From Daphnia carinata (lineage: Eukaryota), in the NCBI RefSeq assembly GCF_022539665.2, contig NC_081333.1, positions 1,922,001 through 1,986,000 on the forward strand: a stretch of DNA of 64,000 nucleotides. Direction: 5' to 3'. Shown here piece after piece: positions 30,066 through 43,225 of this stretch. A program made the translations under genes and the position numbers. The notes below the pieces were generated by a model that searched no databases, had not been told where the DNA came from, and was given only the letters and a program-made list of their open reading frames with translations. Within the stretch, counting starts at the first letter, position 1. Every line of letters begins with the position of its first letter.

Positions 30066-33000
30066 AATGGCTGATAAAAAAAAAAAAAAATCGCGCTTTT
30101 TTCTTTATTTCCGACACGTAGCCATCTACCGCTCAGACTCGTTATTACTGGCGTAGGCAATTTCAGTCCATTGGATGCCATTCGCAGTTAGTTCATTACC
30201 GTGGATGGAGAATAACGCGTGGCTGAAGGAACAATTGAAAAATGGATAAGATAATAAAACAAAAGGATGGTAATATAAACATTATTATATTGGTTTTCAA
30301 TTATTAATTATTGTTTATTAGATCAAATTATGAAGCTGCAGGCCCAATTATTGGAACAACACAAAATATTAGATAACAGCAAAGCTAAGGATGGTAAGGC
30401 CTAATACGTAATGATTCTATTTATTTGCTTTTATTCATTTGTGTTTTGTAGCTCAAATTTTGAGTCTACAAGCTCAGCTAGGGCAAAAGAACAAATTGGA
30501 ACGGAACAGTTTCCAAACAGTGAAGGAGGTTTTTCAAAACTCTTCCCTAACTGAACGTGAGGATGAATTGGCATTAGGCGAACACAGTCAGGTACCTAAA
30601 CTTTTCAAATAAGAATTCAAAATAAGTATAGAATTTTAACAAACAATTATTTATTGTTTAGTTATTCAGTCCACCACCTGACAGTGTGTTAAATTTAAAT
30701 TCTGTTCGTGCTGCACTAAAAGAATTGTTAGTAATAAGTCCATGCAGCGAAGGAAGTGAACAATTGTGGGACCGTATTTGGGCTGAAAATGGGTGTGGTA
30801 CGGAAACCCAGAAATAGCATGAGTTCAACATAAAACATGAATTAGGTACTTTTCGGTTTTTTGTCTATCGAAAAAGTATTTTTAATGCTATTATTTTGCA
30901 TTCACAGAATTTTAGTGGGGGATCAAGTCAAGTCTGGAAGTGTTACAGGATGGAAGAGTGAGCCTACAGTTGAAAAACACTGAAAGTGCATTACCATTAA
31001 GATATGAGGTAAAGTAATAGAGTATGCAAATTGTCTAATGAGAAGTACCATCTTGTGTGAATGAATCCTTTATAGTTCTGTCACAACTAGAAGCCTCAAA
31101 TAATTCTGCTTCTCTTGCTAAAGAACAACTTGTCCTTTACGTTCAGAGTGTTGGTGAAGCTGGGTACTTAAATGGCCCTAAAGATGTTTCATTTCGTTGG
31201 CATTGCAGCGATGAACATCATACATGGACTTTTTAGGTATGAAAGGAATTTTCTTGAAAATTTTTTGAATTTATGACAAAGCATTTCTCCTGCTTTTTGC
31301 CAACCATGTCTAATCTATAAAAAAAAAATTATCCAATAGGAAAGGATTTTCAGCATACTGGGAACACAACTATCAACAATGCAACATTCTAGGGGTGCAT
31401 TTTATCATTCAAGAGCCTTATACAATGATATTTATCTGCAATTTGTATGGCCTTTCCCAAGCTTCTGCCAGAAGTTGAATCTATAAGTCATGTAAGTCAC
31501 ATGAGCAACAATTGAGATGCTTAATGGTGTTGTTTTTCTATTCTCAGCATAGGTTAATAGTAACATTGGATCTGAAAAGATTCTTGGTTGGGGCAAGACA
31601 CTGAATAAATTGTAATGATTGAATGGATGACATGACATTTTATACTTAATTTGGATTCCCGAGACGGTATCTTATATTTAAAAAATTGAAGTGCATATCT
31701 GGGCTCCCTTCCTTTCCGTAGCCCCGTTTCCCCTTGACTCGTAATAAGCCCGTAGGGGGTCATGCCCCTACTGTACGGTATATATAAAAATAACATATAC
31801 CGAGGTTTGGAGGGCTCTGGCCGGAAAGGGGACGTGGGGGTCCGCTTAGTCCGATGATGTGTTCACGGAGGGCGACGTGGCAACCCACAAATCCGAACTA
31901 AAGGTTAATCGCTCCTGTAAAAATGTTCCAAATCTTCAGCTCTTCTTCCGGCTTCTCTTAGCCAATCACCGGGTAATCTCCCCGGTGGGTCAACAAGGCA
32001 GTGTCTCCCCCTGCCTGGGTTGACGGCAACTTTTGAAAGGGCTATTGTGCCTTTTTAAAGTTGCAAAAATAATTGTAATATGCAGAGAATTGTCAATAAA
32101 ATTTTTTTATAAAAAATTTTTTGCAAAATTTGTTTCTTTCATTGTCTGTGTTAGCTGTGTTCACACATTACAATTATGAACTTTTATTTATTTTGCTTTG
32201 CTTTATTTGTTTTTGTCACCTTTGATGGTAAGCATGTTTCCATTGGTTTATCGTTTATCTGTAAGTATTCTATTATTATCCAGGGATCGGACCCTGGATG
32301 TTCGGTATACCGCGCCGATGCTCTACCAATGAGCCATGAATCATATGACGTCAAGTTGGCTTTTCTCTAGTCACTTGTGGACTTGCATTTACACTTAGAA
32401 TAAAACTGAAATGCAATTCCGCAATATACTCTTCTACATTTATTCTACTTCATTTTTACACATTTACTGAGGTTTGAACCCAGGGTAACAGGTGTCGCAG
32501 CTAAAGGCTCTTCCGCAGAGCTAGGAACATTATGAATGCAATAGAAAGATAAACATATAGTTGTGAAAGACTGCATAAACATCCTAGACGATAACATATG
32601 ATATGCGATAATAAACTATTTAGATATATCTCGTGGCTTAATGTTAGAGCATCGGCGTTGCACGCTGAATGTCTGGGTATCGGTTCCCATACGAGTAAAA
32701 CAAAATACAAAATTACTTCAAAAAATATCCAGATATTACACGTTGCTCCTTAAATGTAAGTTGAAGAATTCAAAGAGTGTAATAAATAATAATTGAATAC
32801 TTACAGATAAACGATAAACCAATGGAAACAAAGCTTACCATCAAAGGTGACAAAAACAAATAAAGCAAAACAAAAAGAAAAAAGTTGATAAATGTAATGT
32901 GTGAACACAGAAATACAACGAAAGAAACAAATTTTGCAAAAAATATTTTATAAAAAAAAATTTTATTGACAATTCTCTGCATATTACAATTATTTTTGCA

Positions 33001-34995
33001 ACTTTAAAAAGGCATAATAGCCCTTTCAAAAGTTGCCGTCAACCCAGGCAGGGGGAGACACTGCCTTGTTGACCCACCGGGGAGATTACCCGGTGATTGG
33101 CTAAGAGAAGCCGGAAGAAGAGCTGAAGATTTGGAACATTTTTACAGGAGCGATTAACCTTTAGTTCGGATTTGTGGGTTGCCACGTCGCCCTCCGTGAA
33201 CACATCATCGGACTAAGCGGACCCCCACGTCCCCTTTCCGGCCAGAGCCCTCCAAACCTCGGTATATGTTATTTTTATATATACCGTACAGTAGGGGCAT
33301 GACCCCCTACGGGCTTATTACGAGTCAAGGGGAAACGGGGCTACGGAAAGGAAGGGAGCCCAGATATGCACTTCAATTTTTTAAATATAAGATACCGTCT
33401 CGGGAATCCAAATTAAGTATAAAATGTCATGTCATCCATTCAATCATTACAATTTATTCAGTGTCTTGCCCCAACCAAGAATCTTTTCAGATCCAATGTT
33501 ACTATTAACCTATGCTGAGAATAGAAAAACAACACCATTAAGCATCTCAATTGTTGCTCATGTGACTTACATGACTTATAGATTCAACTTCTGGCAGAAG
33601 CTTGGGAAAGGCCATACAAATTGCAGATAAATATCATTGTATAAGGCTCTTGAATGATAAAATAGCACCCCTAGAATGTTGCATTGTTGATAGTTGTGTT
33701 CCCAGTATGCTGAAAATCCTTTCCTATTGGATAATTTTTTTTTTATAGATTAGACATGGTTGGCAAAAAGCAGGAGAAATGCTTTGTCATAAATTCAAAA
33801 AATTTTCAAGAAAATTCCTTTCATACCTAAAAAGTCCATGTATGATGTTCATCGCTGCAATGCCAACGAAATGAAACATCTTTAGGGCCATTTAAGTACC
33901 CAGCTTCACCAACACTCTGAACGTAAAGGACAAGTTGTTCTTTAGCAAGAGAAGCAGAATTATTTGAGGCTTCTAGTTGTGACAGAACTATAAAGGATTC
34001 ATTCACACAAGATGGTACTTCTCATTAGACAATTTGCATACTCTATTACTTTACCTCATATCTTAATGGTAATGCACTTTCAGTGTTTTTCAACTGTAGG
34101 CTCACTCTTCCATCCTGTAACACTTCCAGACTTGACTTGATCCCCCACTAAAATTCTGTGAATGCAAAATAATAGCATTAAAAATACTTTTTCGATAGAC
34201 AAAAAACCGAAAAGTACCTAATTCATGTTTTATGTTGAACTCATGCTATTTCTGGGTTTCCGTACCACACCCATTTTCAGCCCAAATACGGTCCCACAAT
34301 TGTTCACTTCCTTCGCTGCATGGACTTATTACTAACAATTCTTTTAGTGCAGCACGAACAGAATTTAAATTTAACACACTGTCAGGTGGTGGACTGAATA
34401 ACTAAACAATAAATAATTGTTTGTTAAAATTCTATACTTATTTTGAATTCTTATTTGAAAAGTTTAGGTACCTGACTGTGTTCGCCTAATGCCAATTCAT
34501 CCTCACGTTCAGTTAGGGAAGAGTTTTGAAAAACCTCCTTCACTGTTTGGAAACTGTTCCGTTCCAATTTGTTCTTTTGCCCTAGCTGAGCTTGTAGACT
34601 CAAAATTTGAGCTACAAAACACAAATGAATAAAAGCAAATAAATAGAATCATTACGTATTAGGCCTTACCATCCTTAGCTTTGCTGTTATCTAATATTTT
34701 GTGTTGTTCCAATAATTGGGCCTGCAGCTTCATAATTTGATCTAATAAACAATAATTAATAATTGAAAACCAATATAATAATGTTTATATTACCATCCTT
34801 TTGTTTTATTATCTTATCCATTTTTCAATTGTTCCTTCAGCCACGCGTTATTCTCCATCCACGGTAATGAACTAACTGCGAATGGCATCCAATGGACTGA
34901 AATTGCCTACGCCAGTAATAACGAGTCTGAGCGGTAGATGGCTACGTGTCGGAAATAAAGAAAAAAGCGCGATTTTTTATTTTTTTTCCGCCATT
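30066..34995. repeat. Large palindrome: ~2.2-kb inverted arms (~30066-32279 and ~32785-34995) with ~500-bp unique spacer
   Basis: Arms are reverse complements; ORFs 31554-31796(-) and 33266-33508(+) translate identically; identity drops in the ~230 bp next to the spacer. Confidence 0.96.
30205..31240 (+). pseudogene. Spliced pseudogene in the left palindrome arm (mirrored on the minus strand at ~33825-34860)
   Basis: GT-AG exons encoding coiled-coil-like repeats (DQIMKLQAQLLEQ, AQILSLQAQLGQK) and VGEAGYLNGPKD; in-frame stops near 30247 and 30816 are shared by both arms. Confidence 0.55.
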
Positions 34996-35029
34996 TTTTT
35001 TTTTTTTTTTATGTAAAACGGATTGCCAT

Positions 35030-36255
35030 AATAATCCGTTAACGAAAATAAAAATTAAAAATCTTGGACTTTTTTTTGTTTAACTGCTATCGCCATCTAC
35101 CGGTCATATTTCTAGTTAATTCTCTACACACACTGACAGAAAATCTTTTTAAGCCCGACTAAATAAGCCCGACTAAATAAGCCCGACTTTTCTCGGTCGG
35201 GCTTAAAATTTTTTTCTCAAAAAAGTGACACTCATCGAAATTGGTTGAATATTACAGGGTATACAGAAAATTGAATGCTGATTCCGGGAAAATTGCTATT
35301 TTTAAAATTAAGTTGATCATGTTTTAAATACACGGAATATTTAACGCAATGCTAGCGCGCCAGTACGCTACAGCGCTAGCGCGCTACAGCAGGAAGTCGG
35401 GTTTTATATTGTCGGGCTTAAAATTTTTTCCTATTAAAAAATAATATCATTAAATCTAGTTAACTATATATGATTCTGATTAAAAATTTAACAAGGAACA
35501 CGAAAATGAAATTTGTTTTTACGTAGAGTTTATTGTTTTTGAATAATCATAGAAGTTTGATGTTTCACGCTAGCGCTGTAGCGTACTGGCGCGCTAGTAA
35601 TGGTTTCGATTCGCACACACACTAATTTTATATTTTAGATTACTCCAAAACTATAAATTCTACGTAAAAACAAATCCCATTTTCGTGTTCCTTGGTTAAT
35701 CTTGAATCAGAATCATCTATAGTTATCTAGATTTAATGCTACTATTTTTTAACAGGAAAAAATTTTAAGCCCGACAATATAAGCGCGGGTTTATTTTTAA
35801 ACCCAACTTTTACCGTTTTTTACGTTTTATTCAAAAACTATGAGCCCCAGGAGAAAAACAACTCTCACATTCGTGATGCCCGTTCAATTCTGCATCGAAA
35901 CCATGTATTTAAAGCGAAATCTAAAATTTTGCCAAAATTGAAAAAGTGAGAAGGCTGTAGCTTTCTCATTTCTCCCATTTTCTTCAAATCCTAGATTTCA
36001 TTAAAAATACATTACTTCGATTTGAAATTGATCGCTGATCACGAAAATGGGGCATGTTTTCATATCAGGCTTCTACTTTTTGAATTAACCGTAAAAAACA
36101 GAAAGTCGGGCTTATCTAGTCTGGCTTAAAATTTTTTCGATCAGTGTATGTAGAGAATTAGCTAGAGACCTGACCGTTAGATGACGATAGCAGTAAAACA
36201 GAATAAAAGACCAATCTTTTTTATTTTTATTTTGGGTAAAACGCATTGTTATACC
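35030..36255. mobile_element. Non-autonomous foldback/MITE-like element with long imperfect TIRs and nested internal inverted repeats
   Basis: ~35030-35190 is the reverse complement of ~36100-36255; internal IRs 35351-35380/35569-35597 and ~35405-35545/~35640-35783; TAAGCCCGAC motifs; no ORF. Confidence 0.8.
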
Positions 36256-36304
36256 AAGAGCCATCTATCTAGATAAAACAAAACTAACACATGATCCTGT
36301 CTAC

Positions 36305-37456
36305 AGTTGGGTAACGGCACCAGCAGAACCAAGCAATGCCACCTATTAGGCAGCCAGCGGACAAAGAGTTCCTACGCATTTACACATAGAAAACTAATGC
36401 CATCTAGCGATAAACGTTTAGAAAAGTGCTGCCATCATGAGAAAGAATCTACAGTGATAGTGTCCTCTAGTGATAAATTACAGCAACACTTATTGCTCAT
36501 CGGACTATCACCTAATGAAAACAGAAATATGTGCACAACTTAAATCTGATTCCGGTTGCTTTCAGATATCTCAACAATTACCTCTGAAAGGTGATCACGT
36601 AACGCTATACTGCGATTATTCTGATGGATAATAATGTTACTTTGCGTACAGGCACACCACAATCCACTTCTCAGAAATGGTAAAATCATGATTCATCTTG
36701 GAATTGGCTATAACACCCTTAGCGTGAACGCTACTCTGCTTCTCCTTTAATATCATAATTCACTCAAAGATATCTCATTCCACTACGCCAGGGTTGTAGA
36801 CCGTACGACCTGCTAACAGGTGCTGCGTGACCACGCCAGGCCCGATATTGATTGGAAAACGTTGCACCAGGACTGCTTCGTAATCGGTGTTCACAGATGG
36901 TCGATCAGCGTGATCCCGGCAAATTGAGCCGCCGTCATACCAAACCGCTCTTGAGTCATCCAGCAGTTTTGCCACCGCCATAACGTCCACGCAAGAGTGG
37001 GCATGCGACACGACCTTTCATAGGAACTCGAGAACTTTCATTCATTGACATGAGAGCAATGTGAACAATGCCCCTCTTGCATCGTGTGCTTCACTCGCGG
37101 GGGCAGCATAACACTTCCGTAATTTGTGCTTTGCATCTTAAGCCCTTTGGTAGCTCATAGTTTGAATTTAACCTGAAAAATTTTTAGATTCGTACCATTA
37201 CGGGTGCACATATAGGTAAGTTACAAAAGTAAAACTTGTGTTACCTATCCTGAAGTAATTACCATAGCCTCCCCTTCCATCTTCCTTTCGTATTCCGCTT
37301 TTTCATACATATTTTAATCATTAATTTTTCAATCTTTAAGTTTTTCGTACTTCTGTGGGTAGTTTAATGCGACTTATTACCTTTTTTAGAAGCTGTGGCC
37401 GTAGAAGTCAAAACTACAATTAGCAAAGCAGCCCACGGGAAATAAGAAAAGCATTT
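36305..37456 (-). pseudogene. Possible decayed secreted/membrane protein gene
   Basis: Frameshifted signal-like PWAALLIVVLTSTATASKK before a GT donor; GC-richer broken reading frames; TM-like LSAGCLIGGIAWFCWCRYP near 36310-36365. Confidence 0.3.
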
Positions 37457-37582
37457 GAATTTTTTTATCAGCAGGGACGACTCCTAGCTCAGACAATGTT
37501 TTCTTTGACAAACCAACTATAGAGCTATTCAGTTACAATTTATTCAGTTTTCGAGCTGAATAAATATTAAGGGGATTGTTGA

Positions 37583-37902
37583 TCAATTTATTTCCATGTC
37601 GTAGTCGGGATTGCCTGAAAGAAATCCTGTAATGAACCTTGCATGATTTTCCGGAGAAATATAGCTTTCCTTGACAGCGCTGTCTTTTTTCATGTCACTA
37701 ATCCATGTTGCCTAGAATGAATAATATCGAAATAGTAGATACCTGCATCGTTACGCATTTTCATATACATATATATTCATATACATATATATATTATATA
37801 TATACTGTATATATATATAATAAATAATAATAAATAATAATAAATAATAATAAATAATAATAAATAATAATAAATAATAATAAATAATAATAAATAATAA
37901 TA

Positions 37903-37935
<33 letters not shown>

Positions 37936-38867
37936 CTTTACGTCCATATTTTTATATTGGGAAAATACCTTACCAGATTCGGGAAGTTTTCCATTTCGAC
38001 TATGAACTTTTCTTGGCTCAGTATAGGCAATATGGGCAATCTCTCCATCCATGGCCAAATCATGTAATCCACCATACCAGGATTGTCACCTATATTCAAA
38101 GCTTCTTCTAAAAAACACACCGTTAAGATATTACGTTCATCATCACCTCCAAAGAATTTGATGTCTCTCTTCATCAGTTCTTCGTCAAAAATTTTTAAAC
38201 CCTTCTGGATACCATCAATGGGCCTTTTCCAAGAATCTTCAACATCTAATTTTGCGCGGTACAGTTTGTATAAGTTACCATTAACCTAAGTGAAAACCAA
38301 AAAATAAACTTTTAAACACGAAAATGGAAGTATCTCTAAGCTTTAATTACCACATTGAACATTTCAATTAAAATCCTGTCTTGTGCCTTACGAAATGGAT
38401 CAGTACTATTTAGCAAATAAGGACTTGGATAGACTTCATCAAGATAAGCAGCAGTGATTACGCTCTCAAATATCACTTTTCCATCAAATTCTAGGCATGG
38501 GACTTTTCCAAGTGGGTTTTTCTGAAAAAACCAGTCCGGTTTTGTGACTAAGTTAATGTTCACAACTTCATTTCTAGAAACGAATGGACAACATGAGACA
38601 GGTTTCTGATTATTGAACAAAAGCTTATTTTTACGGAATTCTCTTGGCTGCTAGCACTAGTCGGGTCCTTTGGGCATATGGACAAAATTTCATGCTATAC
38701 AATCGCATTAGGCCTGGTGTTATAACAGGACATGTAGAACCTATAACCAAACCATAGTCACAAATCCTACATAGTTTTTAATGATGATGGAAAGTATATT
38801 AATTAAAGAATAGTATACCTGAAGTGAGATGTTTCGTCTCAGATATGGGGACAAACACGTCACTCAT
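37583..38867 (-). CDS. GSTO: Glutathione S-transferase omega class
   Basis: [13 protein letters not shown] (CPY active site), [41 protein letters not shown], terminal [10 protein letters not shown]. Confidence 0.93.
37763..37935. repeat. (TAAATAATAA)n array flanked by (AT)n in a GST-omega intron
   Basis: Directly visible tandem repeats. Confidence 0.92.
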
Positions 38868-39366
38868 TCTCTCTATTCGTCTGAAATGCGTAGATCTCAG
38901 CGCACAAAAGAATAGAACAGAATTTGGCGGTGTGCTCCGGGCAATAGCTGTGAAAATTGACATTTATCTGCCTAAAGATAAGACAACAGCTTTTCTGCGC
39001 CGGTACTGCGTAATAAGTTGCTTTTTTGTTTAAAAATTCACCCGCTGGGCGCCTTTACATTTTCACGCTGATACTGCTTCTTCCCGTTTGCCTTTACTTT
39101 CAGTTTGGAACTTTGGATTTTCAAGTTTAAATGTTTTTGGCGATTAAAAAGTTATTACAAATCTCCTATTAATAAAATTTTTACCTTATATTGTATAGTT
39201 TTGTAGTAAAATATTTTTTGTTTGATTATATGAATTTACAAATTGTGAATTTGGCATCGCACCGGCCATCGAGACGAGGAGGAGAAGGAGATAAAGTGAT
39301 CCGACAACAGCTTACAATTCCTTCATTGGGGAGCATTCCTTCCAGGGACCCACATCAAATAGAAAC

Positions 39367-40586
39367 ATGTCGTAAGTTAAATCTCTCAAAATATATAGCA
39401 TCTTTTTACTTGAAGTAGTCATTTTGTCCTTATCAAATTGTCCATTAAATGAGCTATTAATCTGTAGCTGGATTGTTTTGGTTTTCTTTTCATGTCATGT
39501 TAAAAGGCTCCTCACAAGTTCTTACTTGAGCCAACAAGTCAAGCCTAGTTTACACGTTCGTAATTATGGCTACCCAGATCGTGAGATAAAATCTTTTATT
39601 TTAACATAGGTCCAAGGTATCGCGTGATACGCTGTACGAGGCTGTCAATACCATCTTGACACAGTCCAAGGAGAAGAAGAGGGGTTTCCTTGAAACAGTG
39701 GAAATCCAATTCGGTTTGAAGAACTACGATCCCCAAAAGGACAAGCGTTTCTCTGGCACTGTCAAGTAAGAACTTCAAACCCACATTGTTGGGGAGTTGG
39801 ACACTTGTGTCTGACGGTGACCCCCACCCAGGGTCATTTTAAACATGTGGGGAGGAATTTGATTCAAGTCAATTTCCAAAAATATGCAAGGTTTATTTCC
39901 TTGCAATTGGTATTTGGAATGGACTTGGGTATCAAATTTATGTAGGATTGAACTTACTAATCAAAATTTTTTAGGCTCAAGCACATCCCTCGCCCGGCTA
40001 TGCAAGTATGCATTCTTGGAGATCAACAGCATTGTGATGAAGCCAAGGCCAACAACCTCCCATCCATGGATGCTGAGGCCTTGAAGAAATTGAACAAGAA
40101 CAAGAAACTTGTCAAGCAGTTGGGTACGAATTTTTAAGTAGATTTAAATTGTCCACATAATCATTCTTTTGTTTATTCAACAGCCAAGAGGTATGATGCC
40201 TTCCTTGCCAGTGAAGCACTCATCAAGCAGATTCCCCGTTTGTTGGGCCCTGGATTGAACAAGGCTGGCAAGTTCCCTGGTCCTCTGACCCACTCTGACT
40301 CCATGGTTCAGAAAGTTGAGGAAGTTAAGGCTACCATCAAGTTCCAGATGAAGAAGGTATTAAAACCCCGATCAGTTTTCTGTTCTAAAGGGAAAAAGTA
40401 ACATTTTCCTTGTAGGTCTTGTGCCTGTGTGTTGCTGTTGGACACGTAAAAATGTCCGCTGATGATTTGGCCCAAAACATCCACTTGTCAATCAACTTCT
40501 TAGTATCACTGTTGAAGAAACATTGGCAGAATGTTCGTTCTATTCACATTAAGACCACCATGGGAGTCCCTCAGCGCTTGTACTAA
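39367..40586 (+). CDS. RPL10A: 60S ribosomal protein L10a (uL1)
   Basis: [61 protein letters not shown], terminal MGVPQRLY. Confidence 0.97.
39780..39940 (+). promoter_or_regulatory. Structured intronic element, candidate uL1-binding autoregulatory splicing element
   Basis: GGGGA-[GTTGGACA-CTTG-TGTCTGAC hairpin]-GGTGA-CCCC at 39791-39824, inside an outer stem, followed by a second long hairpin at ~39856-39940. Confidence 0.65.
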
Positions 40587-40859
40587 CTGTACTACGCATG
40601 TGATTGTTTGCAAATAAACGGTGAACAATTCGCGAAAGAAATACTTTTGTTGTTTTTTTAAATCTACAACACCGGTGTCAAATCCTTGAAATTACATCTT
40701 AAACGACCGCAGCGTTCTGTGCCAAAAAATATCAATTAGATAAAATTATTGAAATTCGAATTTTTTATTTTGCCTTAATGATACAATGATTTAATGAACC
40801 TTCATGTGTAATAATCATGAAAATAATCTGGAATCGGAAAATGCGGTGAGAAGTGACAA

Positions 40860-42960
<2,101 letters not shown>

Positions 42961-43144
42961 TTTTTAAAACACAAACATAGTAACACGACGTTTACAGCTA
43001 TTATTCGTGAACGACCTTTTTCGCAAGCTTGCAAGAAAAGCTCAGCTTGACCGAAGGTACTGCTAAACAGCAGCTTCTGAAAATTCCTCCAGGTCATCAA
43101 CACCTAGCGACATCTAGTAGCAGAAGTTGTAGTTGCAAAGAATG

Positions 43145-43159
43145 GTAACCCATAACAAC
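43145..43159 (+). promoter_or_regulatory. RFX X-box upstream of IFT80 in the ebi/IFT80 bidirectional promoter
   Basis: GTAACC-CAT-AACAAC fits a relaxed X-box consensus ~70 bp upstream of a ciliary gene ATG. Confidence 0.6.
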
Positions 43160-43225
43160 CCATTTCAAACAAGACTTAATAACAAACCAAAAACAAACAG
43201 AAACGCTTGCCTTAGCGCTACAGAA

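Noticed and set aside
31845..31900. Hammerhead-like CCGATGA...CGAAC in the palindrome arm
   Set aside because: Core deviates from CUGAUGA/GAAA and I could not build the three stems.
31432..33630. Identical ORF pairs 31432-31638/33424-33630 and 31554-31796/33266-33508
   Set aside because: A by-product of the palindrome; no protein features.
37777..38058. ORF with [15 protein letters not shown] repeats
   Set aside because: Translation of an intronic microsatellite.
39372..39609. Possible H/ACA snoRNA in RpL10A intron 1 (aggct...agcct hairpin followed by ACA)
   Set aside because: No convincing ANANNA H box between the hairpins; needs snoReport or Infernal.
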